Below, one piece after another: positions 1 to 11,493 of a stretch of 64,000 nt of DNA. Position 1 is the stretch's first letter. Each line of letters begins with the position of its first letter. This stretch comes from Trichosphaerium sp. ATCC 40318 (taxonomy: Eukaryota > Protista > Tubulinea), in NCBI GenBank assembly GCA_038496445.1, contig JALMLS010000541.1, forward strand, positions 62,001 through 126,000, in the 5' to 3' direction. The position numbers and the translations under genes were made by a program. Below the pieces are notes generated by a model. It ran no database searches. It was not told the origin of the DNA and saw nothing but the letters and a program-made list of their open reading frames with translations.

Positions 1-1476
1 AAAGTACCTGATTATTGCCAAGTAATAAAGAATCCTATGGATATGCAAAGCATAGAGACACTCATGGCAAGGGTACGTCGTAAAAAGTGTGATTCGGTTT
101 CTGATTGGTTTTTTTTTAAAGAGTCAGTTCAAGACATACATCGATTTTGCTAAGAAAATGATGCTCATTTTCAGGAACGCACAAGTGTATAATGGCCTTA
201 ACAGTACGTTTAGATTTTATTTTTGTATAACCCTCTGTGAAAATAGTGAATTCGTGCTAACTCTTTGTTTTTTTTTTCGAATAGGTCCTATGTATTACAC
301 AGCAGAGCTTCTTTCGCGAACTTTTGTTGATATGCTTGTTGACGCATTAAGAGTTATGCAAGAAATGGATAAGAAAATGACAACTGGTTTACCTGCTTAT
401 ACAATCAAGGACAACAAGGCGTATGTTTCTTTTATACTCATCAAAATAATTTTTTTTTCACTCATTTCTGAAGAACATCACGTGATGTTTTGTTGGTTTG
501 ACTTTTGTTTTTTTAGATATTTTTGGGATCCAGATGCTAAACAGTATTACTATGAGTACTTTGAAGCGTCTAGTCATGTCAATCCTGCCAATCCGAAGCG
601 AACTCGAAAATCTCAACAAACACCTACCAATGCACGACGAAAATCAGCAAACTATCATCCTCCAGTTCAAGAAGTATTAACAGAACGCCGTGCAAAGAAG
701 GTATGTAACTACACCCTCTATTAATATTTATATTAACTATTTAAAAAGCAAGCACTTGGTTTCCTCAGTCAGGTAGAGACTCCAGCTGAAGGTAAATATT
801 TCGGTTAAACGCAGCTTTGTTTTTCCGCTAACACGAACCATAGCCAATAACAAAGAACAAGAGTACATTGAACCAGATGATAGTGATCATTTATTCCTAA
901 GTAAACCAGAACAAGATTACCGACCAGAACAGCACTATATCCAACCAGGTGTAAGACCTGCAGTACGTTTAAATACCATATTTTTTTTTGGTCACAAAAA
1001 ACCCCAAAACATTAACAACATTGACTCTGCCTAACTTTATAAAAGAATTTGCCCTTTCCACCAAAACCTGCATACCAGCCAACATATGCTCCTATGCAAA
1101 CCATGCCAGCACATCAAGGGTATCGTCAACCGAGCCTACCACAACCAACAGCTAGGCCTACAATACAAACGTTAAGTGCTACTCAACATAGTGTTACATA
1201 TAATACAACAGGGTTAAAGCCTATGCCTCAAGGCATGTCTCTAAAGGTCAATGCATCAAGTCATTTGGCTACTCCGCCTACTTCTGGAGTAACATCAGTA
1301 CGTCTTTTTAGTGAATTGAAGATTAGCGCTTTTTTTTCTTTTCTGTTGCTTTGTATTGTTGATGTACTGACGGTTGGGTTTTTTAGGCTATGGTTCAACA
1401 AGGACAGACAAAGGTTGTGCTTAAAGTTAGTAATAGCGAACCTACTGATGACATGGAGATTGATATTGTAAATTAA
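1..1476 (+). CDS. Bromodomain-containing protein, 5'-partial, multi-exon, with Pro/Gln-rich low-complexity C-terminus
   Basis: Spliced translation gives VPDYCQVIKNPMDMQSI...FAKKMMLIFRNAQVYN...PMYYTAELL, matching the bromodomain PDY-x-x-I-x-x-PMD and N-A-x-x-YN motifs. GT-AG introns; the last exon ends at TAA 1474-1476. Confidence 0.8.
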
Positions 1477-1769
1477 AATAAAAGCAAAAAAAAATATGAA
1501 AGCATATATGCAATCTATTTATCACTTCGATAACACACGTGCACAAAACGTATCCTACCATTAAGAAGAATATAACAAAGCAATTCAAAAATGTAAGGCA
1601 AAACATTCAACTGATACTAGATCACCAATACTTCCGTTAGTACGTGATACGATGTTTATTGATTTAAGATCGAAATCCAAAAATGTGCTGTAAAAGTTGG
1701 TAAGTACCGGTTTTAAGTCTTGTAAAATTTATGTATGACATACAACCCTAGTAATAGTTACAAAATAAA

Positions 1770-2868
1770 TCACATGATAGCCCGTATACATAATGATGTA
1801 AAAACTAAAGTGCTTCCAACACCATGCATCCATGAAAAAGGCTTTGGAAAAAGAGTGAATGAAATGAGCAGTGTAAACACTTTTCGAAGTGCACCAGAAC
1901 CAACAGCTGCTGCAACACCAAACTTTTTAATTATACCAAGATAAAAGTGTATCCCAATATAAGATAATATTGATTCAAATACAATAGCAAATGCAGTGTA
2001 AGGGTGACTTTGAAGAAAAGTCAAAGCATCAAAAAAAGATTCAGAAGGTTGAGATGTCATTACAACAATGAAGAATATAGATACTATACCGTTTAAGTAA
2101 GCTATCATTTCAACTTGTTTCACTCCTCCAAATACAAGTGCACGTTCTTGTAGATTAGACTGCAAAGCGTCTGCTACTACAGCGCCCATAATCAAGGCAA
2201 CGCCAGTAGTATCAAACACAGGTACAGTCTGAACATCACCAAGAGTAAAAAGAGTCAAACCACAAGTAAGCATCAATGCAGCAATGTATGCTACTGCTTT
2301 ATATGTTCTACCTGTTGTAATATATCCAAGAATCATAACTGGGATGAGTTTTGATGATTTGAAAAGTACTTTTGTTGGAAAGTTAATCTTGGTCATAGCA
2401 GTGTTTCCCAGACCGATATTGATCATCAAACATAGTGCAATACCAAGATAGTTAAATACTGGAATCTTAGGAGGAAAGACATGTGTGTTAGTCCATTTAG
2501 CTTGACACAGTGCTAGAATAGACATTGTGGATGCCTCTACTAAGCTGACAAGAACAGCATAGTTGAAACCTTCTTGAGAAAAGATTTGTTCTGTGAAGTA
2601 TCCCTTGACCGTAAATATTGATATCATGCCTCCAATTAGAATGATTACATGTGAGAGAGTCGAATAACCACTTAATGAAAAGAATCCCATGAGTACAACA
2701 TTGTTTGATTCATCAACAGCTTTGTTTGCTTTGTTTTCGCTTGTTTTATTGGTTAACGTCTTAATTACTCAATGTTAGGCGCATATAATATGTTGAAGCT
2801 TTATAATCACGTTAACATACTTTTTTCTGTCTCCGATGGCGATGGGTGACACCTCCTCCGTCTTTCAT
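1770..2868 (-). CDS. SLC35B/UAA-family nucleotide-sugar or PAPS transporter
   Basis: Multi-TM ORF with the family motif NFPTKVLFKSSKLIPVMILG and C-terminal RKVFTLLISFTLFPKP. A short upstream exon (ATG 2868, intron 2820-2760) joins in frame. Confidence 0.85.
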
Positions 2869-4069
2869 TTTGCAACGTGGTGTAAATGATCAAGAAACAA
2901 CTTAAGTCTCTCGACTTATCCAAAAAAAACGGAAGACCAAACTTAGGACTGTTTCTTTCCACCACTAAGACAAGGTCAAAAATAATAGTCAGGATGAAAG
3001 ACTTGAGGGAAAAGTGGAGCAGTTGTCTCAATGCTAAACGCCTGCAAATCCGTATAGCAAAGCTATGAGCTCAAGTTCAAATGCTACTCAAATATTGCAG
3101 AGAAACTGTGAGTCAACGTAGTTGTGTAGCTCATTCCCAGCTTCCTTGCAACCTCTAGGTTGCCTCAAGTATGCAAAGAACTTTAGAATATGTCGCAAAT
3201 ATACAGGTTTAGTAGACAGCACCACATTGGTCTCTGTGATTAATACAATCAATTTTTTTTACAAAGTGTGAGAAAATTTTATGTTGATGTGTTCACTTCA
3301 TATCGTTCGTAAATAACCTTCACAGGTACGCTCTCAATATCAGCTATCTTTCCAAATACATCTGCTGCAATATCTTTCAGTGTATTATAACGTGCAAAAA
3401 CTTTAGGCTTGGTGAGGATATCTTTTAAAGGCGGAATCCTATAGCGCACATAAAGTAAAAAAATGAACTTCACTGCTTGTTGATTTCCTGAATTACGCAC
3501 GTGGATTCGTCGAATTCTTCTAATTGTTCATCAACCTCACGTATTTGTGCATTAATGGCTTCGATTTCAGGGTCCAATGGCCAATATAACCGTTTTTCTG
3601 TATTGTCTACATGATACACGGCTGATCCTCTTTCAAACGTTATTTCAGATAGCAAAAAGGCGGTTTAGCGTACATTTTACGTTTTTCAAGCAATTCAGGC
3701 ATAGTCGCCGCAAATGTTGGCGACAGCTCTTCTACGGAGAACACTGTGTCCGTTGGAACCTTGGTCATCAGTCTACGTAACCTTAGCAGGACTGTGATAC
3801 GACTTGGTCAACACCGTTCTCCCAATTTTTTTAGATCGAGAAAGTGCCCTCAATATCATACTTCCAGATTTCCTTATTCCCTTGTAAATATTCTACACAT
3901 TATTCCTATGCGTGAATGAATATCTGAGTCCAGTCACCTTTATCTGATACGGGCAATCTCGGATGTTGGGCTCCATTATTGCCGAATTAGGTTCGGATTG
4001 CGGTATAATTTTCCTAAATTTTTGGTGGCTGTTCGATGACTTATCTGGTCATTAATTACAATACTTACA

Positions 4070-4750
4070 ATGGAACCAACAAACGAAACATGCGATTGGA
4101 GACTAAGACAAGGATCGCCTAGTCCAGCTGATGCCTATGCTTTTGCAAGCTTGATCATGATGGCAGGCGGAGAGCCTCCACAAAATAACATTATGGACCA
4201 AATTTTCGGCAGTAAACGTGCCCATCGTTGTCTACAAGACTTGTACATGAAGACAAGGACTACTTATAGCCATGAAGTTGTTACTTTTATCGAGACGAGC
4301 GATGGCACAATAGCAGGAATGATAAACTTTTTCTCTTATGCTCATTTTAAGAGTATAAAGAAGGATAACGAAAAAGCTTATTCAGACGTACTTGGTTTAG
4401 CAGTTTGGAGAGCATTCGCTGTTACAACCTTCCTAAGTGCTATTGGTGTTGGTATTACAGATGGCAGAGAAGGAGATTGTCACGTTCAGGTATGCGATTA
4501 CTGTTTTACAAACTCAATGCTGATGCACATGATTTAGTCAATAGCTCTGTTTCCAGAGTTCCGTGGAAAAGGTCTCGCCAAGATTTTGATGAAATATGCA
4601 GAAGAATCGGGCAGGCAATGGCAATGCAAGCGTCTATCGTTAGAAGTAGATGTCAAGAACAAACGAGCTCTGCGTGCCTACCAAAAGTTTGGATTTGCTA
4701 TTGTTAAAACCACCCGTTATATTCACACCATGGAGAAAGAATACCAATAG
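4070..4750 (+). CDS. GNAT-family N-acetyltransferase (2 exons)
   Basis: Intron 4490-4538 (GTATGC...TTTAG) joins HVQ to SIALFPEFRGKGLAKILM...LSLEVDVKNKRALRAYQKFGF, containing the acetyl-CoA motif A (RGKG) and the N-x-x-A-x-x-x-Y-x-K-x-GF motif. Confidence 0.88.
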
Positions 4751-5017
4751 AAACTACTGTACAAAATAAAGTGAATGCCTGAAAGTGTCTTCAAAGAAAA
4801 CATCTACCATCTTCCATACACGCAACAATCCAAACTCTTCATTCTGCTGAGCTGTAGCGCTTAATTTCTTTGTTGTTCGAGAGCGTAGGGATAATAGTAA
4901 CATCAAAGCATAGCACGTGGAATTTGCCTCAAATTTCTCAACACGGTAAAAGCACTTAACAGCGTTACCTCAAGCAATTAAACAACGCCACTAGTGCTCG
5001 GCACTTTGTAATTACCA

Positions 5018-6594
5018 ATGCGACAGGCGGTTGCTCATTTTGAGCGACTAAACTGGTTTCCCGGCCATAGTACGTGGATACACTGGAAATATGCCACAAT
5101 AACGTAGCATAGTGGTAAAAGCGCAGAGGCGAATTAGTGAAAGCTTAAAACACGTAAACGCCGTTTTAGAAATACGAGACGCCAGGGTACGCCTAACTGA
5201 CGCGTGGTTAGCGATTTTAACACGGTAAAACAGATTCCAGTGTCAAGTGCCAATCGTACATTAGAACCGCTTCTTCGCGTACGCAGCGATACTAACGTGT
5301 AATTAACTCTTCAACAGAACAAACCTCGACTGGTAATTTTAAACAAGGTATACAGCGCTTGAATCACGTAAAACTGTACTAATACGCTCAAAGGCAGATT
5401 TAGCGGTAAGAAACACCCATGATAAATGGCGCGAGACAGTACGCGCAAGTGAAGCCAACGAGGTAGTTGATGTACGTATAAATACATGTAAAAATAACGT
5501 ACCGGGCCATTTTGGCTAATTTGAGGCTATGTGTACCTTTGAAAAGAAAACGGTTTTTTGAGATTGCACAATTCTAGGTTTTACTTACAAAAATGCTTTC
5601 AACAGGTAGTCCATTTGAACGCTGCTACAGCAAAAACAAAGAGTATAAATAAGATACTCACAACAATGGCTACTGTTAGTAAAAAGAATAGCCTTGTATG
5701 GCTTGTTTGTGGTATGCCTAACACTGGTAAATCATGTGCGTATTTTTTTTTTCATTCCTTTTTTTTTTTTTTTGGATATTTATTCGGTTAGAACCCCGAC
5801 AAAATCGTTTTGTTCCACGTGTTCTTGTATGTTTTACGTATATCTATTATTAATAGACTTTTTTATAGCTGTGATAAACGCATTGAGTAGAAGAGGCGCT
5901 GCTAGTACCGCAGCCAAACCTGGACACACACGTGGCCAAACTGTATATAATCTGAGAGTCACAGAAGGCCTCGGTAAAAAAGTCATGATACTTGACACTC
6001 CTGGTATAACTTTACCAGAAAAATCAGCAGATATAATGCAAGGATATAACCTGGCACTATGTGGGTGCCTACCGTCAAATACGTGCGTATAGAAAAAGAT
6101 GAAGTTCTGTAGTAATACACTTTCTTATTTTGTAAAACAGAATTGAACCAGGACCTGTGCGAATAGCGGAGTATATGTTGAAGATATTAAACCATACAAA
6201 TCAACAACACGTCTATATGGACTTTTCTCGTATGAAAGAGCCTGTGGATGACATAGATGAGCTCCTGAGTGTAGTACAGAAAAGATTTGGCAAAGTACAC
6301 AAAAAAGTTTTTCCGAGCTCTTTTTTTTTTTGTCTTTTCGGAGTCCATATGTTTGGTTATTTTTCGTTTAATTTATGTATGTAGCAACAACCAAATCAAG
6401 CAGCTTCTTTTCTTCTTCAAAAGTTATCTGCTGGTGAAATGGGCGGAGTAATCCTCGACGAATATCCACAGCCGAGAGAAAAAAAAACGAAAAAGAAAAA
6501 AAACAAAGAAACCTTGAAAACTGATTCAGGGTACGACCTTGAACATATAAAAGAAGAAGAAGATGTAGATTTAGGAGAAATAAAACTTCAGTAG
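5018..6594 (+). CDS. MTG1: YlqF/RbgA-family circularly permuted GTPase (MTG1-like mitoribosome assembly factor), multi-exon
   Basis: Spliced motifs NWFPGH, VLEIRDARIPVSS, ILNKADL (G4), GMPNTGKS (G1), PGHTRG (G2) and LDTPGI (G3) occur in the permuted order. Confidence 0.88.
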
Positions 6595-7034
6595 TAGTCG
6601 TACGGTTTTTTTCTCGTCTTTTGACGAAATTGCAACCAAGATAAGTGTATTCTTGCTATTACCTCAATCGACGCATAGTAAATGCTTGTAAAATAAAATC
6701 TGTGTGATTTGTATCAACGCGTTCTTTTTTTGTCAACTGTCCCCGACAACTGCATGTAGATGATGTCGTCATCTTTGGAAACATTTCTCTTCGTTGTGCC
6801 GTGGTATACACTGCAACGAAGAGTAAGGAGATGGGAGATAGACATAAATAGCTCATGTCTATTTATTGTTTTTGGTATAACCCAAAAAAAACGTGCTAAA
6901 GCACGTGTCACGTGTACCCATTGAAAACACCTACGTGTATAATATTAGTTTATCATGATACGCCTTTTTGTGTGTTGAAACTCCGTTTCATTCACACCGT
7001 CGGCTTACCTCATAATACATCAAACAATACAGCA

Positions 7035-7812
7035 ATGGCATCGCAACAAATACAACCTGGCTATTTATACAAACCTCAAGACATGTCTATGGACATTTAT
7101 GGCAGCGAGAGTTTTCTTGTTGAGCAACAATACACCATACAAAATCCGCTAGTGGCACTCTACATTAAACTTATCGACTGGTTAGCATACCTAGCAAAGT
7201 ACGTCATTCCTAGCTGTTCTGTCGATCTATTTAAACTAACATACTCTCCAGACAGGCCCAAGCTAGTAATAAAGAGCTTCAAGATCATGCGCTTGTGCCT
7301 GAGAACTACGGTAACTACACTCACATTAAAAAGTACTGGGTAGGTTTAAAAATCTCTTCTTTTGTTGTTTTGACGCTAATACTTTGTCTACTAGTCTACA
7401 GAAGAAATTCAACTACTTCGTGATGCTGTAATCGCAATAAGATATGTAGAGAGACACCCAGGACAGTCACAACAAGTAAAAAATAGTCTGTACGTTGTTA
7501 TGTACTGATAAAGAAAAAAAAGAAAAAATAATTCCTTCTGAAAGGACATTTCTATTTTTGGCATAATTATCACGTGATAGATAATTTGGATTTCTTCTAA
7601 CCCGTTTTTTTTCTAGAAATTTCTACTACGACTACTTTGTCAAAGACTTACGCGATGTACGTTAATTTGTTCTTTGAAGATGTGTATTTTTTTTTTAATT
7701 TTTTGTCGAACAATAGATCATGGTTGATCAAAGCAGAGATGATATGGATAAACTGGCTTCAGTATTAACAAAATGTACTGTTTACTTCAAGCGCACATCA
7801 AGATGTGTATAA
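7035..7812 (+). CDS. Hypothetical multi-exon protein
   Basis: ATG 7035 followed by several GT-AG-bounded exons that can be joined into an open frame ending at TAA 7810-7812. No family recognised. Confidence 0.45.
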
Positions 7813-8114
7813 GCATACGTTCAAAAATATACCAGTAATAATAATAAATGTCTATTTATCTCTCAGCTCTTTGACTCAACTCTACAGTCTGTAGCAATTG
7901 CGTACATACATTCCCTGATTAGGTATTTAGAAAGTTGCCTTTGCGTGATACATCTCCAACTCCTACATCTCACACAGTCGACTGTAAACTTCACACAAAA
8001 GGACATTTTGACCTTTCTTGAACGCAATGTCTAAACACATAAACAACAAGCTATTAATAAGTCAAGGAAAGAAACATTTATGGCGTTTAGTAATCAAAAT
8101 ACCGTTTCCAAACA

Positions 8115-9050
8115 ATGCTTCCACCAGTCGTACGCCATAGTATTGTACAGCGTATTATTTATACGTTATTAAGGCCAATACACTTACTGGACTTGCCTAT
8201 TGAGGTTTTAGCGCATATTCTAACAAATACGACAACAGCACGTTTCTCAGCAGCGCAAAGTTGTCAATACCTTCATTCTATTATTTGCGACATCGTTGGG
8301 TACAGTGAAGTGACAATAAGAACACTCACTCAAGCTTACAAGTTCAACGAGATGTTCCCAGAAACAAGAAAGAACACAAAAATTATTGTAACGTGCCTTC
8401 AAAATATTTTCGGTTTAAAGGAAAGTGGTGATGATATCGTTTCTGTTCTTGCTGGGTTCAAAACATCAGGTATAGAAAGTCTTTTTGGCGATCTACAAGA
8501 TTACGGCCTCTGTGGATTGCATTCAATCGATCTCAGCAAAGCTTCAGTAACTGATGCTAGTATTACAACACTTGGTGGTATTCATACAATAAACTTAAGC
8601 TACTCAGCTGTGACTGACCAAGGGCTTAAAGCTCTCGCTGGTGTTCACAGTATTAACTTGAACAAATGCGGCAAAGTAACTGATGAAGGTGTCAAGGCGT
8701 TAGCTGGTGTACACACAATCAACTTGAACAGGTTGTTTAGAATAACCGATGAAAGTATTAAAGCTTTGGCTGGTGTACATGAGATAAGTCTTGTAGCAAC
8801 TAGAATTACAAATGAGGGGATTAAGGCTTTAGTTGGCGTGCACACTCTAAATGTTAGTAATACTATAGTTAGTGATGATGGGATAAAAGTATTGATAGGT
8901 ATTCATACACTGATAGCTTCTGATACACGTGTGACTGGGAATGTGGTTGTGCCTGGTGTACAAGTATTTGAGCACAAAAATTCTGAGTATGAATCTGACT
9001 CCTCTGGATTCCACTTTTTTAGTTCTTCCACCAACAGTGATAGCCTGTAG
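8115..9050 (+). CDS. F-box plus leucine-rich-repeat protein, intronless
   Basis: F-box-like LLDLPIEVLAHIL followed by about 7 repeats of a 21-22 aa unit GVHTINL-x(3-4)-VTDEGIKALA. Confidence 0.85.
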   Translation: MLPPVVRHSIVQRIIYTLLRPIHLLDLPIEVLAHILTNTTTARFSAAQSCQYLHSIICDIVGYSEVTIRTLTQAYKFNEMFPETRKNTKIIVTCLQNIFGLKESGDDIVSVLAGFKTSGIESLFGDLQDYGLCGLHSIDLSKASVTDASITTLGGIHTINLSYSAVTDQGLKALAGVHSINLNKCGKVTDEGVKALAGVHTINLNRLFRITDESIKALAGVHEISLVATRITNEGIKALVGVHTLNVSNTIVSDDGIKVLIGIHTLIASDTRVTGNVVVPGVQVFEHKNSEYESDSSGFHFFSSSTNSDSL

Positions 9051-9188
9051 ATGAATAAAACCTTTTTTATCAGTCATGTGGTTAGCCATGAACTTGTTGA
9101 CTTACGAGCAATTTGGTTAGGAATCACTTCAAAAAGGAATACATACTACTTATTTTGGTGATATGTGCAATGTTCAAACTCTGTTTGT

Positions 9189-10302
9189 TTATTTTACATA
9201 TTTTTTTATAAAGTTTAGAAACTCTTTCTTTATCCAATCACGTGGTGCTCCATTATAACTTGGAAAATGATTAATATCTACAATAACCCACTTCTTAGTG
9301 CTATTATCATATAAAAGATCCATCTCTAAGAGAGTAACACCAAGTAACTTCTTTGAAGTTAAAGCTATTTCTTGTAATAAACTATCAGGCACCTTAACTA
9401 CTTTTTCTATCTCTTCATGACTTAACATTTTTTTACAAAAATCTCTTGTAACAAAGTTAAACCGTTCTCTATCACATGAACCGACTTTAAATAAAGGTAT
9501 TGATGTACGATAAGAAGAAACAGCATTACCATCAATACCAAAAAGTTTTACAATGTAGCTATCATGAGGTACGTATCCTTGAACAATAACTGTTTTTTTT
9601 TCATTCTCTGAAAGATATCTTTCCATATCGGTCCTATTGAATATAATAGATATTGTATGATTATCAGCTGATAGTGGCTTTGCTAGAAGAGGATATTTTG
9701 TGTTTTCTGGGATTGATGACAAGTCTCCATTGATTACTGAAAAAGAAATCGGATTTTGAAGTTTTTTGTTGGTGTTTGCCTTGTTAACTGACTCTGTAAC
9801 GTCGTTGATGCATTTCAACATTGTAGTGCGTAGTGACGTATACTTTTGACGGTCAATTGGGTCGATTAGCCAAGGTAAAGCAGCGTTTAGTGTAGTGGAT
9901 GCTTCAAGTTGTTTAACGCACTCCAATAGCTTTATGGCGCTAGTGCGTTGCTAGAGCGCTGTTAAAGAAGACGTTCCTACCAAATTTGTATGTAAAACTT
10001 ACCTCCGTAGAGATATGAGAATCAATAGTTTCGTTAGCGATAGCAACCTCCTTGCGCAAGTGGAGGAACATCAAATCGTAGTTTTTATTAGCGCTTATGC
10101 GGAGTAACGACGGTTCTAATCCAGCATCCTCTTTAGTTATACGCTGAATAGAAAATCCATGGGTGCTAGGAACGCATTCGTCAATAATTTACTATCAGCG
10201 CGTATACGACGTGTAGTACCTTCCTTGGGCGTCTAGATAGTCTAATACGTCACTCAGTACACTCAAGCGCGCTTTTGGAGCGAGAAAGGCTACGTTAATC
10301 AT
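9189..10302 (-). CDS. ITPK1: Inositol-tetrakisphosphate 1-kinase (ATP-grasp fold), multi-exon
   Basis: YPLLAKP...NHTISIIFN, VQGYVPHDSYIVKLF and VDINHFPSY match ITPK1 family motifs. Short 5' exons start at ATG 10302. Confidence 0.8.
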
Positions 10303-11033
10303 GATTTGCGTTTGTATTTCTTAAAAGTTGACCCAGCAGTGTTACCGTCGCTTCTTTTTGTAGCCTCGCTTAACATAGAATGTAAATTGGATAACCATGA
10401 TAAAAAAGATTAGTGCTCCCAACGTCGCTTCAATATCGTAGTCCAAAGTTTCACATTGTGTACTTTGTCACGTTGTGAGCATAATGCGGTATAATGACCT
10501 GATTGAAATAAAAAACTTAAACTCTTTGCTTTGTAACTTCCGTAAGCTGAGGAAGAGTTTTATTACTTGTTCAAGTAACAGTACCCAGCGTTGTTTTAAA
10601 CAAAATAAGCCGCAAACACGCTAAACCACAATTTTTTTGATGTTGTAGTTTACTAGTATACATTCATTTTGGTTTGCTTTGAAGGTACATCGAGTAAGCA
10701 TCATTCAGTATGCATGAGGCCTCTCGAGGTATCTCTGACTTTGTACTCGTTACCAACCTCGGGGTCAGTCAATGTAATTGTGCGCTTCACAGCAAACATC
10801 CAGCCAACGCGCTGGCTCCTTCAAGAAATTGTTTCGGGGATAGGACATGGCTATAAACGCCTGACTGCGCAATGCCCGCCACGTAAATGTATTCATGCAT
10901 GTGTTCGATAAGCTCTTTTGTTGCAATTTTAAGTTTTTAGCGTGAAACTTGCCTTGTTCAGTGAAATAGTTTAAACGTTTTTTTGGTATTTATTTGGAAT
11001 ACTCTGTACCACAACACCAAAGACATAGCTTTA

Positions 11034-11106
11034 AGCCCACTGCGAGTTTCGATCTCGCTACCATCTGGTCAAAAGCCAAACGCTCTTCCGATTGAGCTAA
11101 GTGGGC
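11034..11106 (-). tRNA. tRNA-Lys(UUU), intronless, with atypical residues (G37, A54, U73)
   Basis: GCCCACT TA GCTC AATCGGAA GAGC G TTTGG CTTTTGA CCAGA TGGTA GCGAG ATCGAAA CTCGC AGTGGGC T folds into a full cloverleaf (7/4/5/5-bp stems) with anticodon TTT. Confidence 0.85.
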
Positions 11107-11493
11107 TACTTGTTGTATACAGGTAGTAAAGTATTGAAAGAGTTTGTTTCCTTTTTACATAACATTGGCAAAATGACAAAAGCACATAATAATAGAAGGG
11201 CACATGTTGTATCGAAAAGCCACTTTGCCAAAATCATACTAACACACTCGCTGCCGGAGGTGGAACCTTTATACAACTGACCTTTTATTTTAGAAAAACT
11301 TGGAAGTTGTTGGTGTTATCGAACTAACAAGGTACTATGATTAGTTTACCGCTGTTTATGTCAATGAGAGGATAAAAGTACACTGTAATATCTGTATGGC
11401 GTTGTTAAAACATATACCAGTTGTACTTAAAACTCACAACAATCAGACAGTTGGTATATTGGCGAAACTTTTTTTTATTTTATTAAGCGAAGA

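Noticed and set aside
3062-3976. Fragmented minus-strand ORFs as a viral or transposon gene
   Set aside because: Broken by stops and frameshifts, with no motif I can assign. Possibly a decayed gene but unsupported.
10681-10920. RNase MRP/P or U1/U12 snRNA assignment
   Set aside because: Only short partial resemblances (e.g. AATGATGCTTACTC on the minus strand). The matching P4 5' strand and snRNA hallmark motifs are missing.
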